Positions 39,425 to 53,901 of a DNA stretch of 64,000 nt are shown one piece after another (position 1 is the stretch's first letter; every line of letters begins with the position of its first letter). Made by a program: the position numbers and the translations under genes. Source of the DNA: Myxococcales bacterium (lineage in GTDB: Bacteria; Desulfobacterota; Binatia; HRBIN30); the NCBI GenBank assembly GCA_037445065.1, contig JBBILD010000006.1, forward strand, positions 64,001 through 128,000, given 5' to 3'. Below the pieces are notes generated by a model that was not told where the DNA came from, searched no databases, and saw only the letters and a list, made by a program, of their open reading frames with translations.

Positions 39425-41493
<2,069 letters not shown>

Positions 41494-41582
41494 ATTAGGG
41501 GGGTCGCCTAGGTCCCCGGCCTCGGGGGAGCGGGAGGCGAGGGTGGTGCCCCGGCCTCGGCTTGTGTGATAGGCGATTGCAG

Positions 41583-42578
41583 ATGGCGAGCGACACGGCG
41601 GACTGGCCGATTTCCGTAGGGATTGCGTTGAGCGGCGGCGGAGCGGCCGGGATGGCGCATGTGGGGGTGCTGGAAGTTCTGCAAGATGCAGGAATCCCGA
41701 TTCACTGCGTCGCCGGTACGAGCGCTGGGGCGATGGTGGGTGCGGCGTTTGCTGCCGGCAATTTGGAGGCCTTTCGCGAGACCATGTACGGCCTCACCCG
41801 CGGCAAAGTGTTGCGCCTGTTCGACCCCATTTGGCCGCAGACGGGCCTTCTGGAGGGGCGGCGCTCGCTCGAGTTGGTGCGCCCGCACTTGGGGGACCGC
41901 ATCGAGGCCCTACCGATTCCCTTCGCTGCCGTAGCGGCGGACTTGAATCGGGGCGACGAGGTGGTGTTGCGCAGCGGACCGGTGGCGGAAGCAGTGCGGG
42001 CCAGCATTGCCATTCCCGGCCTGTTCACCCCGCTACGCTGGCAGGGGAGAATCCTGGTTGACGGCGGTCTGGTGAATCCAGTGCCCGCCGACGTGGCTCG
42101 CGCGCTCGGAGCTCAGTTCGTGATTGCGGCGAGCGTGCTGAACATTCCGGTCCGCCCTCCGTTGCGCCGCACGCCGCTGGCGCTCACCCAACAGTGGAGC
42201 GCCCGGCTGCGCCGCCGGTGGCAGGCGCCGAGGGACGAAGGCAAAACCGAGGAGCTGGTGGAAGAGGTGAGCGAGGAGCTGGGCCTGGTGGACGTGCTGT
42301 CGCGCGCAAGCGCCGTGGTGCAGGCGCGAATCGCCCAGGCCCGTTTGCGCGACGACCCGCCCGACGTCCTCTTGCACGTGCCGCTGCGCCTCGGATTGTT
42401 CGACTTCCACCGCAGCCGCGAAGCGGTCTCCGCAGGCCGGCGCGTCGCACAAGAAGCACTCCCGGAGATCCGCCGTGCCCTGGCCGCTGCTCTGCCATTG
42501 ATGGAACGAGTTTCCCGCTGGCTCGACTCTGCCAGTGAGCGCTGGCGCACTCCGCGCTGGGGCCGCGAGCGAGGGTGA
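41583..42578 (+). CDS. Patatin-like phospholipase (NTE/RssA type)
   Basis: LSGGG, GTSAG nucleophile, ASIAIPG, VDGG. Confidence 0.92.
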   Translation: MASDTADWPISVGIALSGGGAAGMAHVGVLEVLQDAGIPIHCVAGTSAGAMVGAAFAAGNLEAFRETMYGLTRGKVLRLFDPIWPQTGLLEGRRSLELVRPHLGDRIEALPIPFAAVAADLNRGDEVVLRSGPVAEAVRASIAIPGLFTPLRWQGRILVDGGLVNPVPADVARALGAQFVIAASVLNIPVRPPLRRTPLALTQQWSARLRRRWQAPRDEGKTEELVEEVSEELGLVDVLSRASAVVQARIAQARLRDDPPDVLLHVPLRLGLFDFHRSREAVSAGRRVAQEALPEIRRALAAALPLMERVSRWLDSASERWRTPRWGRERG

Positions 42579-43197
42579 ACGCTCGTCTGTGCGCTGGTTT
42601 TGAGAAGTTCCGTGTCGGGTGGGGCGGCCTCGGCCGTGCCGCTGCCGTTACGAAGGGCCCGCATCGTGCGAGCGGATGAGTTGGGCTCGGGGCTGAACCC
42701 GGGGAAAGACATTTTGCTCCGGACCACGACGTGACTTTACCGCGTGTGCAAGCCCGCGAGGTCGTGGTCGTTGCCGCCTTGAAGTTCGCTCGTCTCTGCG
42801 TCCAGCGACGGTTTTTTCGAACCCCTCGCGATCCTAATCCGCCCTGGCTGCTAGGGCACTGCGGGACCCGGGGGCGGACGGGGTACCGGCGCACCACCCC
42901 GCCACGCAAGATTCACCATTCTGGCACCGTGCACAACGCCGAAGGCGCTGGCCGATGCAGCCCTTTCGATGGGATGCGCCCTTGTTGTGGCGGGCCGAGG
43001 CGCGGCTTGGGGCAATCACCGTTCCGCGGGGGGATCCGTAGGTGCAAGGTTTGCGCCTGCAACGCCGTGCGGGAGGGCACGTTTCGCCGGAGAAGGGTCG
43101 CGGACACGCATGGTTGCCGTTACCTCCGCGACTTGCCCGCGGCCTGTGCTTTACACGCGGGAGGTTTGTCCTGAGTAGGAGCGGCCCTTGTGACCGC

Positions 43198-43565
43198 AGG
43201 TGGTGCAGGGCGAGCCGTGCGCAGCGAACGGCAACCGGAGAGTGGCGAACGGTGCCGTTGGCCGGGGGCGGGCGTGGGCGATGCGGCCGCCGCACCACGG
43301 CACACCTCGCCCTGCCGGTTTGAGGGACACCCACCTTGTGGTGGTAGGTGGGGCCCCCAGGACCCCGGCTGCCGTCGGCACAACGCCACCCCGGGGATGC
43401 GTAGGGGCGGCCCTTGCGGCCGCCCGTGGTGCCCACCGCACGGTGACTCGGTCGTGCCCGTGGTGGTGCCGGCAAGGGAGCCCTCGTGGACGCCTCAGCG
43501 CACCTGGCCCGATTCGCCGGTTGGCTTCGATTTGGAATACGGGCAGCCGCAAGGCCTGCCCCTAC
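43198..43565 (+). repeat. Composite REP-doublet (REPIN-like) element, copy C
   Basis: GTAGGGGCGGCCCTTGCGGCCGCCC (43401-43425) and inverted GGGCAGCCGCAAGGCCTGCCCCTAC (43541-43565); 165-bp unit collinear with copy B. Confidence 0.85.
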
Positions 43566-43662
43566 AACCCCGAACGCGGTGCGGACGTGCGACGGGTCCT
43601 TGGCCGTATTGTGGTTCCCTGACCACTCTGCCACGCCACGACCGCGCGGCCTCCACCGCGAG

Positions 43663-43872
43663 CAACGCTGAAATGGTTCGGCCAATACAGCCCTGGGGTT
43701 GGCGCTTGACGCCAACCCCCAGGAATGAGGTGCCTGCTCCGCAATTCCGCAGCGCAACCGCTACAGGGTTGCGCTGCGTTGAGGCGTGCCATGTGGATCC
43801 CGGTGCACCTGCGCAACCTTGAAGGGGTTACACGAGCCACCGTGTGCAGGGGTGCAACTGTCCCGGCGGGAC
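43663..43872. repeat. Cluster of additional palindromic REP-like units
   Basis: 13-bp stem with one bulge at 43692-43723, perfect 12-bp inverted repeat at 43748-43778, GTCCC-GGC-GGGAC at 43860-43872; 43663-43693 resembles 42934-42963. Confidence 0.6.
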
Positions 43873-43914
43873 GACAACCCCTCCAGGCTTGTGGTGGGAA
43901 AAAGGCACGCAGAC

Positions 43915-44420
43915 CTAGGACTCTGCCGCAGAAAAAGCCGGTGGGTGGCTCTTGGTTCGGGCAACGGATTGGTGGAGGGGGCGGGGGCGAGCGGAGGTGA
44001 GGTGGATGGGGAAGACCTTTCGGCCGTACAATCCGGATCAGTGCTTATTGCTGCCGCCGCACGTGCGGCAGTGGCTGCCGGAGGATCACTGGGCGCTGTT
44101 TCTGATGGATGTGATGCGGGAGCTGGACCTGAGCGGGATCCTCGAGGAGTGCGAGCGCGGAGGTGGGCGCGAGCAGCCGCCGTATCGTCCGGTGATGATG
44201 GTGACGCTGCTTTTGTATGCGCATTGTACCGGGACGCGCCCTTTGTGCCAGATCGAGCGAGCGACGTATGAGCAGGTGGTTTAGCGGGTGATCACGGCGG
44301 ACCAGCCCCCGGATCACGACAGGACTGCGGCGTGTCGGCCGCAGCATTTGCGAGTGTGCGAGAAGGGCGACTTCCGCACGGTTGCTGTGGCTCGCTCGGA
44401 TCGAAGCCGCGTGTGAAGGG
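43915..44420 (+). pseudogene. IS1182-family transposase remnant (DUF772 N-terminus), truncated
   Basis: From ATG 44006: MGKTFRPY..QCLLLPP...WLPEDH, PPYRP.MM..LLLYA, IERATYE; in-frame TAG at 44282-44284, then RVITADQPPDH homology continues and decays; CTAGGA possible left end at 43915. Confidence 0.85.
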
Positions 44421-44646
44421 CACGGCGCGCGAAGCGGGGCACACGCACACGGTCGCTGCAGCGGGTGGAGCTGCCCGCAGCGGGATGAGTGGCGCTTCGT
44501 CCCGCAATGCAGAGGGGCCTAGCTCGCGCGGCCGCTGTCGGTGGCGCGCACGGGGTTGGGTGAGGTTTGCGAGCGAAGCAACGCCGTTCAGCCCGTGGAC
44601 GGTGGGACTGGCGCTGCGAGGTGCGAGTCGGTTAGCGGAAAGGGTC

Positions 44647-45522
44647 ATGGCAGAGACTTCCGTTCCCCGAGTGTCGCCAGCAACCCCGGAGCGGGGTGGT
44701 GTTCTCCCGCAATGGAAGGCGGGACTGCCGCTCGCGGATTCCCACTGCCACCTGAACGACGAAGCGTTTGCGCAGGATCAGGCCGCGGTCCTGGCGCGCG
44801 CCCGGCAGTGCGGGGTGCGGTATTTGATCGACGTGGGTGCCACGAGCGGCTTGGCGGCCAACCGCCGCGCCGTTGCGCTGGCAGAACGGGAAGCGGAAGT
44901 GTTTGCCACCGTTGGCATACACCCACACGAAGCCGCGGCTGTGGATGAGCATGTGCTGCTCGAGATCGAACAGCTTTCGCACGCACCCAAGGTGGTGGCC
45001 ATTGGCGAGACGGGGCTCGACTTTCACTACGATCACTCCCCGCGGCCACAGCAAGAAGAAATCTTCCGGCGCTTCATCGCCCTTGCCCGCAAGCGGCGTT
45101 TGCCGCTGACCGTTCATGTTCGCGACGCCTATCCGCGGGCAGCGCAGATCTTGCGCGAGGAGGGTGCAAGCGAAGTGGGTGGGGTCATTCACTGTTTTAC
45201 CGGCTCTTGGGAGGAGGCACGGGAGTTTTTGGACCTTGGTTTCTTTCTCTCCTTCAGCGGCGTACTCACCTTCAAGAACGCCGAGCGTGTCCGCGAGGCG
45301 GCACGCCGCGCTCCCTTGGATCGCTTGCTGATCGAGACCGATGCCCCATATCTGGCACCGGTGCCCGTACGGGGACGGCGCAACGAACCGGCCTTCGTGG
45401 CCTACACGGCGATTCGCTTGGCAGAGGTCCGTAGCTGCGCGGTGGAGGAAGTTGCCTGGCGCACCACAGAGAACACTGTACGGCTATTTGCGCTCCCCAC
45501 CGGCACGCACAGGAATCCTTGA
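44647..45522 (+). CDS. tatD: TatD family hydrolase/nuclease (start uncertain)
   Basis: DSHCHL, GIHPH, IGETGLD, H.R, HCF, ETDAPYL, NEP. Confidence 0.94.
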   Translation: MAETSVPRVSPATPERGGVLPQWKAGLPLADSHCHLNDEAFAQDQAAVLARARQCGVRYLIDVGATSGLAANRRAVALAEREAEVFATVGIHPHEAAAVDEHVLLEIEQLSHAPKVVAIGETGLDFHYDHSPRPQQEEIFRRFIALARKRRLPLTVHVRDAYPRAAQILREEGASEVGGVIHCFTGSWEEAREFLDLGFFLSFSGVLTFKNAERVREAARRAPLDRLLIETDAPYLAPVPVRGRRNEPAFVAYTAIRLAEVRSCAVEEVAWRTTENTVRLFALPTGTHRNP

Positions 45523-45564
45523 GACAGGCTGCGCCTGCCTGGGTGATGGCTGCACAGACACCGG

Positions 45565-48120
45565 TTACGCGGCGGCCCGCAGCACGCGCAGCCGTTCGAG
45601 TACGCTGCGTAACTCAGCGCTCGTGCAAGGCTTTGCGAGGGTCGGCTGCGGCGGTAACGGGCTGGCGTTGGCACCGCCCCGCCACAGGGTGCCGGTCACG
45701 AAGGCCACTCGGCGCGCCAGCGCGGGCCGCTTTTTTTCCAGTGCCCGGTATACTTCCGGCCCGCTCAGGTCGGGTAAGCGCACATCGAGGAAAATCGCGT
45801 CGAAGTCAGTGGCTTCCGCAAGCACGAGTGCTTGTTCACCCGAGTTCGCGGTGGTGACGCGCACCCCCTCGCGTTCCAGCATGCGGCGCAGAGTTTGCGC
45901 CAGCACCACATCGTCGTCCACGACCAGCACGTGAGTTTGGCTCGCGGCACCGGCCTCTGCGGTGGCTGCCGGCAGTTGGAGTGTGAAGGTGGTACCTGCC
46001 CCAGGCACGCTTCGCACGCTCAGTTCGCCGCCGTGCGCCTGTGCGATCGCGTAGCTGACGCTGAGTCCCAAGCCCGTGCCCTTCGGCTTGGTGGTAAAAA
46101 AAGGATCGAAGATGCGGGCAGCGAGCGATGCTGGCAAGCCCGGGCCATTGTCTTCCACTTCCGCAAACACGGAGCCGTTTTGGTACCAGCAGCGGACAGT
46201 GATCTCCGGTCGCACGCGGCCGGCAAGTGCCTCGACCGCGTTTTTGAGAAGATTCAGCAAGACTTGTTGGAGCTGCTGCGCGTCCCCGCGGACCGTGAGC
46301 CCTTCGGCCAAAACAGCGCGGCGGACTTGCACGTGCGCACGTTGAAACTCGGGTTCGAGCAGGCGCAGGGTGGCGTCGAGCAGAGCGGCGAGGTCCACCG
46401 GGCGAGCCTCCGGCGGGCGTGGGCGGGCAAAACCGAGCAGTTCTTCGATCAAACGAGCAATGCGCCTGCCTTGCTCCTGAATCTGCGCGAGCGCTCCGTG
46501 TAACGAGGCGACATCATTCGACGCTGCTGCGACTTCTGCCTGGCCGAGAATCACTGCTAGCGCGTTGTTCACTTCGTGGGCCAAGCCAGCGGCGAGCTGG
46601 CCCGCGGCAGCAATGCGGTCTGCACGCGCCACCCGCTCGTTGAGTTCGCGCTCGGCGCGGATGTCGGCCGCAATCGCCACAACGCCTTCCATGCTTCCCT
46701 CGGGCGTCAAGATCGGGCTCAAGTGCAACGAGATGGGAAAGCGAGTGCCATCGCGAGCCTGTGCATTCAGCTCGCCTCGCCATCGCTGCTCGCGCTGCAG
46801 GGAGGCCAGAACGGCTTCCCAGCCGCCAGGGGGCGGCTCGGCGAGGTTGGGGAGGGGGACCGCTTGCAAGTCTTGCCACGAGTAGCCGAACAAATTGTGG
46901 AAAGCCCGGTTGGCGAAAAGTGGGCGGGCCTTTGCGTCGGTGATGAGGACCGCCTCGTCGGTGCTTTGGATGGCGCGCAGCAGCCGGTAACTTTGCTCCA
47001 CCAGGCGCGCCCGTTCCAACGCCAGTGCCGCTTGCGAAGCGATGCCATCGGCCAGGCGAAGCTCTTCTTGGTTGAATGGCCGCCAGTGGCGCCGGGTGAA
47101 CTGCACGACGCCAAAGAAGCGCCCGCCACTGCGCAACGGGGCGACCAGCACCTGGGGGGAGAGCCCGCCGCTGATTTGCTGTGAAGCGAGCGGGCCGAGG
47201 ACGACGCAGTGGCCGAGCCGTTGTACCCACTCGAGGTCGGGCACCTCGTCGGCCCGCAACCGCAAGCGTAGGAAAGCAGCTCGCTCACCAGCACCGATCC
47301 CGCTCACCGCGGCGCCGTGGTACTCTTGTTCCTCCTCTCTCCATAGCAATACGCCGCAACTGTCCACTGACATCACTGGCGGTGCCACTTCGACGATCTT
47401 TGCGAGCACCTCCTCCACATTGGTCAGGCGGCTGACTGCCTCGCTCACCGACAGCAGGGCGCTGGTGACATTGGCCGCAGTTTGCGCCCGCTGGGTTGCG
47501 CGCTGCGCCTGCTCAGCGCGTTCTTGATCGCGCCGTTCGAGGCGGGAGATCTGCTGGAACAGCCAACCCGCGGAAGCCAAGGCGGCGGCAAACACCAGAA
47601 GGAATGCGATTTCCGTGTCCACAGGCGCTGCCGCGGCGGGAGCGGGCTGCTCGAGGAAGGAGCCAAAGCCCAGGAAGGCGACCAGTGCGGTCAGCAGAAT
47701 CGCCACACTGGCGGTTCCGAAGGGGGCACCGAACAACAGGCCGTAGGTGGCTACTTTGACAAAGCCGAGCAGCAACACGGGGCTGCGCAGGCCGCCCGTC
47801 CATGCTGCAAAGTACAAGATCGCGGCAAAGTTCAAGCACAAGTCCCAAGCCGCGTTGGTGGTCGAGATGCGCCCCTTGCGGTAGCGAAGAAAGAGCGCCG
47901 TGTTCGCAGCTAAATACAAGAGCCAAACGGTGAGAGACAGGGCTGCTACTGGCTCCAGTGGGGGGAAGCCAGCCTTGCGGGTCGTGGCGTAGAGGAGCCA
48001 GGCTGCTGTGCCCTCACAAAAGCGCAAGAACAAGACCACCCCTGCCGTGCGTGCGATCCAATCGCCTTTGAGGATTGGCACGGCTTGTCTGCGGCGGCGT
48101 ACAGCAGGGGCAGGGCTCAC
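45565..48120 (-). CDS. Hybrid sensor histidine kinase (TM-GAF-PAS-HisKA-HATPase-REC)
   Basis: About 5 TM helices, GAF-like region, PAS (WRGEL), H-box AHEVNN, NLLKNA, DNGPG, FFTTK..GTGLGL, receiver VVDDD..LD...KP. Confidence 0.93.
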   Translation of the reverse strand: MSPAPAVRRRRQAVPILKGDWIARTAGVVLFLRFCEGTAAWLLYATTRKAGFPPLEPVAALSLTVWLLYLAANTALFLRYRKGRISTTNAAWDLCLNFAAILYFAAWTGGLRSPVLLLGFVKVATYGLLFGAPFGTASVAILLTALVAFLGFGSFLEQPAPAAAAPVDTEIAFLLVFAAALASAGWLFQQISRLERRDQERAEQAQRATQRAQTAANVTSALLSVSEAVSRLTNVEEVLAKIVEVAPPVMSVDSCGVLLWREEEQEYHGAAVSGIGAGERAAFLRLRLRADEVPDLEWVQRLGHCVVLGPLASQQISGGLSPQVLVAPLRSGGRFFGVVQFTRRHWRPFNQEELRLADGIASQAALALERARLVEQSYRLLRAIQSTDEAVLITDAKARPLFANRAFHNLFGYSWQDLQAVPLPNLAEPPPGGWEAVLASLQREQRWRGELNAQARDGTRFPISLHLSPILTPEGSMEGVVAIAADIRAERELNERVARADRIAAAGQLAAGLAHEVNNALAVILGQAEVAAASNDVASLHGALAQIQEQGRRIARLIEELLGFARPRPPEARPVDLAALLDATLRLLEPEFQRAHVQVRRAVLAEGLTVRGDAQQLQQVLLNLLKNAVEALAGRVRPEITVRCWYQNGSVFAEVEDNGPGLPASLAARIFDPFFTTKPKGTGLGLSVSYAIAQAHGGELSVRSVPGAGTTFTLQLPAATAEAGAASQTHVLVVDDDVVLAQTLRRMLEREGVRVTTANSGEQALVLAEATDFDAIFLDVRLPDLSGPEVYRALEKKRPALARRVAFVTGTLWRGGANASPLPPQPTLAKPCTSAELRSVLERLRVLRAAA

Positions 48121-48182
48121 AAGGGATAGGTACTCCGGTTTTCAGCAGGCAGGCAAGCGACGAAATACGATTAGGTGATTTG

Positions 48183-48211
48183 TTGCTCTTGTCAGGCGGG
48201 CCCTTTACAGT
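48183..48211 (+). promoter_or_regulatory. Possible sigma70 promoter for a near-leaderless ilvD transcript
   Basis: TTGCTC-N17-TACAGT ends 8 nt before the ATG; no Shine-Dalgarno visible. Confidence 0.35.
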
Positions 48212-48219
48212 AAGGGCTC

Positions 48220-50127
48220 ATGAAACCCTACCGTAGCCGCACCACCACGCATGGGCGGGAGATGGCGGGAGCACGGGCTTTGTGGCGCGCCACCGGCATG
48301 CAGGATGCCGACTTCAAGAAGCCCATCATCGCCATTGCCAATAGCTTCACGCAGTTCGTACCCGGGCACGTGCATTTGCACGACGTCGGACAACGGGTGA
48401 AGCGGGTGATTGACGAAGCGGGAGGCTGGGGTGTCGAGTTCAACACCATTGCGGTGGACGACGGGATCGCCATGGGTCACGGCGGGATGCTGTACTCCCT
48501 GCCGAGCCGCGATTTGATTGCGGATAGCGTGGAATACATGGTCCAGGCACACGTTGCGGATGCGCTGGTGTGCATTTCGAATTGCGACAAGATCACGCCC
48601 GGAATGCTGATGGCGGCGATGCGGCTCAACATCCCCACCGTGTTTGTTTCGGGCGGGCCCATGGAAGCGGGCACCTCGGCGGGGACGCACGACGCCGAGG
48701 GCCGACCCCTGCCGGAGCGGAAGCTCGACCTGATCGACGCGATTGTTGCCGCTGGAGACGAGCGGGTCAGCGACGAGGAGCTTTTGCGCCTGGAGCGCTC
48801 GGCTTGCCCGACCTGCGGTTCTTGCTCCGGCATGTTTACGGCCAACAGCATGAACTGCTTGAACGAGGCTCTCGGCCTGGCGTTGCCGGGGAACGGAACG
48901 ATCGTGGCGACCCACGCCCTGCGTTGGAAGCTGTTCGAGCAGGCAGGACGGCTGATCGTAGAGTTGGCCCGGCGCTACTACGAGGAAGGCGACACGAGCG
49001 TGCTGCCGCGCAGCATCGCTACCTTCGAGGCGTTTGAGAACGCGATGGCACTCGATATCGCCATGGGCGGTTCCACCAACACGGTCCTGCACATCCTCGC
49101 CATTGCTCACGAAGCAGGAGTGCCCTTTACCATGCGGGACGTTGACCGCCTGTCCCGGCGCGTGCCCAACATTTGCAAAGTGGCCCCTGCCTCACACTAC
49201 CACGTGGAAGATGTGAATCGGGCCGGCGGGATCTTCACGATTCTGGGGGAACTCGACCGTGCTGGCTTGATCCACCGCGAGGTCCCGACCGTACACAGCC
49301 GCACCATGGGCGAGGCGATTGACGCAAACGACGTGCGCCGCAGCACCGCTACCGAAGAGGCGCGCCGCCGCAGCCTGGCCGCCCCGGGCGGCGTTCCGAC
49401 CACGGTGGCGTTTTCTCAGAACACGTATTACGCCGCCCTTGACGAAGACCGGGTGGGCGGTTGTATCCGCAGCGTGGAGCACGCCTACAGTCGGGATGGG
49501 GGACTCGCGGTTTTGTACGGAAATCTGGCCGAAGACGGTTGCATCGTAAAAACTGCGGGTGTGGACGAGTCCATCTGGGTGTTCGAAGGACCGGCTCGGG
49601 TGTTCGAATCGCAAGAAGACGCATGCCACGCGATTTTGAACGGGAAGGTCCAGCCCGGTGAGGTGGTGGTGATTCGTTACGAGGGCCCCAAAGGCGGTCC
49701 GGGTATGCAAGAAATGCTCTACCCGACGTCCTACATCAAGGCCAAGGGACTGGGCAAAGCGTGCGCCTTGGTTACCGATGGGCGCTTTAGTGGTGGCACT
49801 TCGGGGCTCAGCATCGGCCACGTCTCGCCAGAGGCAGCGGACGGCGGTGCCATTGCCCTGGTGCGAGACGGAGACCGCATTCGGATCCACATTCCGCAGC
49901 GCAAAATCGAGCTGCTGGTGGACAAGGCCGAACTCAAGCAGCGGCGCGTGGCCGAGATCGAACGCGGCGCCGATGCGTGGAAGCCACGCAACCGGCAGCG
50001 GCCGGTGTCCACGGCGCTGCAGGCGTACGCGTTGCTCACTACCAGCGCGGCGCGCGGGGCGGTGCGGGACTTGTCCCAAGTTCGCCTCGCACCACGCAAC
50101 GGACGGCGGCGCAAAAACGGCTCGTAA
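48220..50127 (+). CDS. ilvD: Dihydroxy-acid dehydratase
   Basis: [65 protein letters not shown]. Confidence 0.98.
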   Translation: MKPYRSRTTTHGREMAGARALWRATGMQDADFKKPIIAIANSFTQFVPGHVHLHDVGQRVKRVIDEAGGWGVEFNTIAVDDGIAMGHGGMLYSLPSRDLIADSVEYMVQAHVADALVCISNCDKITPGMLMAAMRLNIPTVFVSGGPMEAGTSAGTHDAEGRPLPERKLDLIDAIVAAGDERVSDEELLRLERSACPTCGSCSGMFTANSMNCLNEALGLALPGNGTIVATHALRWKLFEQAGRLIVELARRYYEEGDTSVLPRSIATFEAFENAMALDIAMGGSTNTVLHILAIAHEAGVPFTMRDVDRLSRRVPNICKVAPASHYHVEDVNRAGGIFTILGELDRAGLIHREVPTVHSRTMGEAIDANDVRRSTATEEARRRSLAAPGGVPTTVAFSQNTYYAALDEDRVGGCIRSVEHAYSRDGGLAVLYGNLAEDGCIVKTAGVDESIWVFEGPARVFESQEDACHAILNGKVQPGEVVVIRYEGPKGGPGMQEMLYPTSYIKAKGLGKACALVTDGRFSGGTSGLSIGHVSPEAADGGAIALVRDGDRIRIHIPQRKIELLVDKAELKQRRVAEIERGADAWKPRNRQRPVSTALQAYALLTTSAARGAVRDLSQVRLAPRNGRRRKNGS

Positions 50128-50138
50128 CGGGGGCTCGG

Positions 50139-51362
<1,224 letters not shown>

Positions 51363-52398
51363 CCGCGCGACTCGGGCGGGCGCTCGGGTTGCTCCTCCTG
51401 GCCCTGGCGTCCCTGCCCGCTTCAGGAGCGCACGGGCGCGCCGCGCCTGGCTTGCAACGGGCTCCCACAAGTCAGGCCGAGCCGCGTTTCTTCTTCGCGG
51501 GCAACGGCCGCCTGGAGATGCGTCACGGCCATTTCAATGAGAGGCTCGATGTTCGCTACCGCCGCTCCGATGGGAGCTACGATCCGCTCGCTCTCGAGCG
51601 GATCGCGTATTTTTTCCGCTCGCGCGGCGATGGCGCCGTAGCGCCGATTTCGCTGCGCTTGATCGAGTTGCTGTCGTACTTGCAGGCGGTGCTCGGCGTG
51701 CGGGAGATGATCTTGCTTTCCGGCTACCGCAGCCCCGAGTTCAACGAGGCGCTGGGGGCGCAGGGACGGGCTGCTGCCTTTGCTTCTTTGCACACCCAGA
51801 CGCTGGCGGCCGACCTGGCTTTGCCGGGGCAGAACTTGCGTCGCTTGTGGCTGAAGCTGCGGGAGACGGAGATCGGGGGTGTGGGTTATTACCCGTCGCA
51901 GCGGTTTCTCCACATTGACGTAGGGCCGCCGCGCTTTTGGGAAGAGAGCACGTCGCGCGTATCGGAGCGGCTTTCAGCCGGCAACGCGCGAGTGTTTTTG
52001 CGCACGGATTTCGACCGTTACACGCAGTGGGACGGAGCCGAGATCGTTTTGCACAGCGTTACCGCGTTTCCGCTCCGCCTACAAAAGTACGCGCGCTTCG
52101 AACATGCCGGCGGCTTGGGGGTGCAGTTGCCGATGGTGCCCGCTGTGCCCACGCTGGCCAGTGACCAAGATGGTTGCTGGGTGATCGAGCAAGCTGCGCC
52201 GCACCTGAGATTTCGGGTGGTAGCCAGCGAAGAAACGGCCGTCCGCCTCCGGGGAGCGCGCCCGCAGCGGGGCAAGATCGTGTGGGAAACGTGCGCGCCG
52301 CGCGTCGAACGGACCCCGGAGGAGGTGCGGAGCAACACGGTCGAGTGGGTGCCATAAGCGTGTGGAGTGAGGGGAGCCCCCACACTGGCGACTCCCGC

Positions 52399-53412
52399 TC
52401 AGGGGATCAGGACTCCTGTGCCCTTCAAGCCATCGTGCTTGAGGCGCCGGAGGACTTCGTTGGCTTCTTCCAAACGAAACGAAGTCGTATGCGGCCGCAG
52501 TGGGATCTGGGCGGCCAAGGCTAGCAGCTCCTCACCGTCCGCGCGGGTGTTCGCGGTGACGCTGCGCAAGTTGCGCTCGTAAAAGAGGTGCTGCTCGTAG
52601 CGTAGGGCAGGCACGTCGGTGAGATAAATGCCGGCGGTGGCCAAGGTCCCGCCACGGTCCAGCGCCGCCAGTGCCACCGGTACGAGTTCGCCAGCAGGGG
52701 CAAAGAGAATGGCGCTGTCCAGCTTTTCCGGTGGCAAGTCGGTTGCGTCGCCGACCCAATCTGCACCGAGTTCGCGCGCATGCTCTTGGTGACGGCTACC
52801 GCGGGTCATCACGAACACCTGGCAGCCCCAGTAGCGAGCAATTTGGATGGCAATGTGCGCGGAGGATCCAAACCCATAGAGCCCGACACGAGAGCCGGGT
52901 TGGACTTCTGCGCGGCGCAGGGCTCGGTAGCCGATGATGCCCGCACACAGCAGAGGCGTGGCCGCCGCGTCGTCCAATTCCGCCGGCAGTGCGTAGGCGA
53001 AGTCCTCGCGAACGAGGGCAAATTCCGCGTAGCCACCGTTCTCGTGGTACCCCGTAAAACGAGCATCGGGGCAAAGGTTTTCCCGAGCACGGCGGCAGTA
53101 GTGGCACTGCCCGCAGGTGGAGCGCAGCCAGGCGATGCCGACGCGGTCGCCAAGCGCGAAGCGCTGTGCTCCGGGCCCCCGGGCGACCACCTCACCAGCG
53201 ATCTGATGGCCGGGGATGATTTCGGTGCACAGGGGCGGAAGTTCCCCTTCGACCACGTGCAAGTCGGTGCGGCATACCCCACACGCCCGCACCCGCACCA
53301 CGATTTCTCCCGTCCTGGGCTCAGGTACGGGCCGTTCTGCGGCTTGGAGCGGCGCGGTTTCCACCGGCGCCGGCTTTCTGAGGACCATGGCTCGCATCGT
53401 GCGCGGCATCAT
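52399..53412 (-). CDS. Zinc-dependent alcohol dehydrogenase family
   Basis: CGVCRTDLH, PGHQ, C..C..C......C structural Zn, LLCAG, GFG. Confidence 0.93.
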   Translation of the reverse strand: MMPRTMRAMVLRKPAPVETAPLQAAERPVPEPRTGEIVVRVRACGVCRTDLHVVEGELPPLCTEIIPGHQIAGEVVARGPGAQRFALGDRVGIAWLRSTCGQCHYCRRARENLCPDARFTGYHENGGYAEFALVREDFAYALPAELDDAAATPLLCAGIIGYRALRRAEVQPGSRVGLYGFGSSAHIAIQIARYWGCQVFVMTRGSRHQEHARELGADWVGDATDLPPEKLDSAILFAPAGELVPVALAALDRGGTLATAGIYLTDVPALRYEQHLFYERNLRSVTANTRADGEELLALAAQIPLRPHTTSFRLEEANEVLRRLKHDGLKGTGVLIP

Positions 53413-53445
53413 GGCGAGTTGCGGTCGTGCAGCGCTTGGCCGCGA

Positions 53446-53901
53446 TCACAAGTCGATCTTCTCGAGACGTACATGCGGCGTGTATTCGAGCAGCGGGGCC
53501 AGGGTGTGCAGCTTGTACTCCTTTTCGTAGCAAATCCTCACGATGCCGGTATTCACCAGCACCTTGAAGCAATGAATGCAGGGGGTGTGCGTGATGTAAA
53601 TGGTCGCGTCCCGAATCGAAGTGCCGTTTTTTGCAGCCTGCGCAATGGCGTTGATCTCCGCGTGGATCGTACGGAAGCAGTTCTCCTCGGTCTCACCGGA
53701 AGGGGTGGTGGAGCGGTAGATCAAACAGCCGACTTCCAGACAGTGCGGCAGACCCGAGGGGGCACCGTTATAGCCGGTGGCGAGAATGTTTTTGTCGCGT
53801 ACGATGACCGCGCCCACCTTGGCGCGCAGGCAAGTCGAACGCTCCGCCACGGTGCGGGTGATGGTGAGGAAATACTGGTCCCAGGTAGGCCGGCGGTTCA
53901 T
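53446..53901 (-). CDS. dCMP deaminase (ComEB-like)
   Basis: [27 protein letters not shown]. Confidence 0.93.
   Translation of the reverse strand: MNRRPTWDQYFLTITRTVAERSTCLRAKVGAVIVRDKNILATGYNGAPSGLPHCLEVGCLIYRSTTPSGETEENCFRTIHAEINAIAQAAKNGTSIRDATIYITHTPCIHCFKVLVNTGIVRICYEKEYKLHTLAPLLEYTPHVRLEKIDL

Noticed and set aside
44282..44284. TAG readthrough (pyrrolysine or recoding) in the transposase
   Set aside because: Homology decays soon after and no complete DDE domain follows; simple pseudogenisation is sufficient
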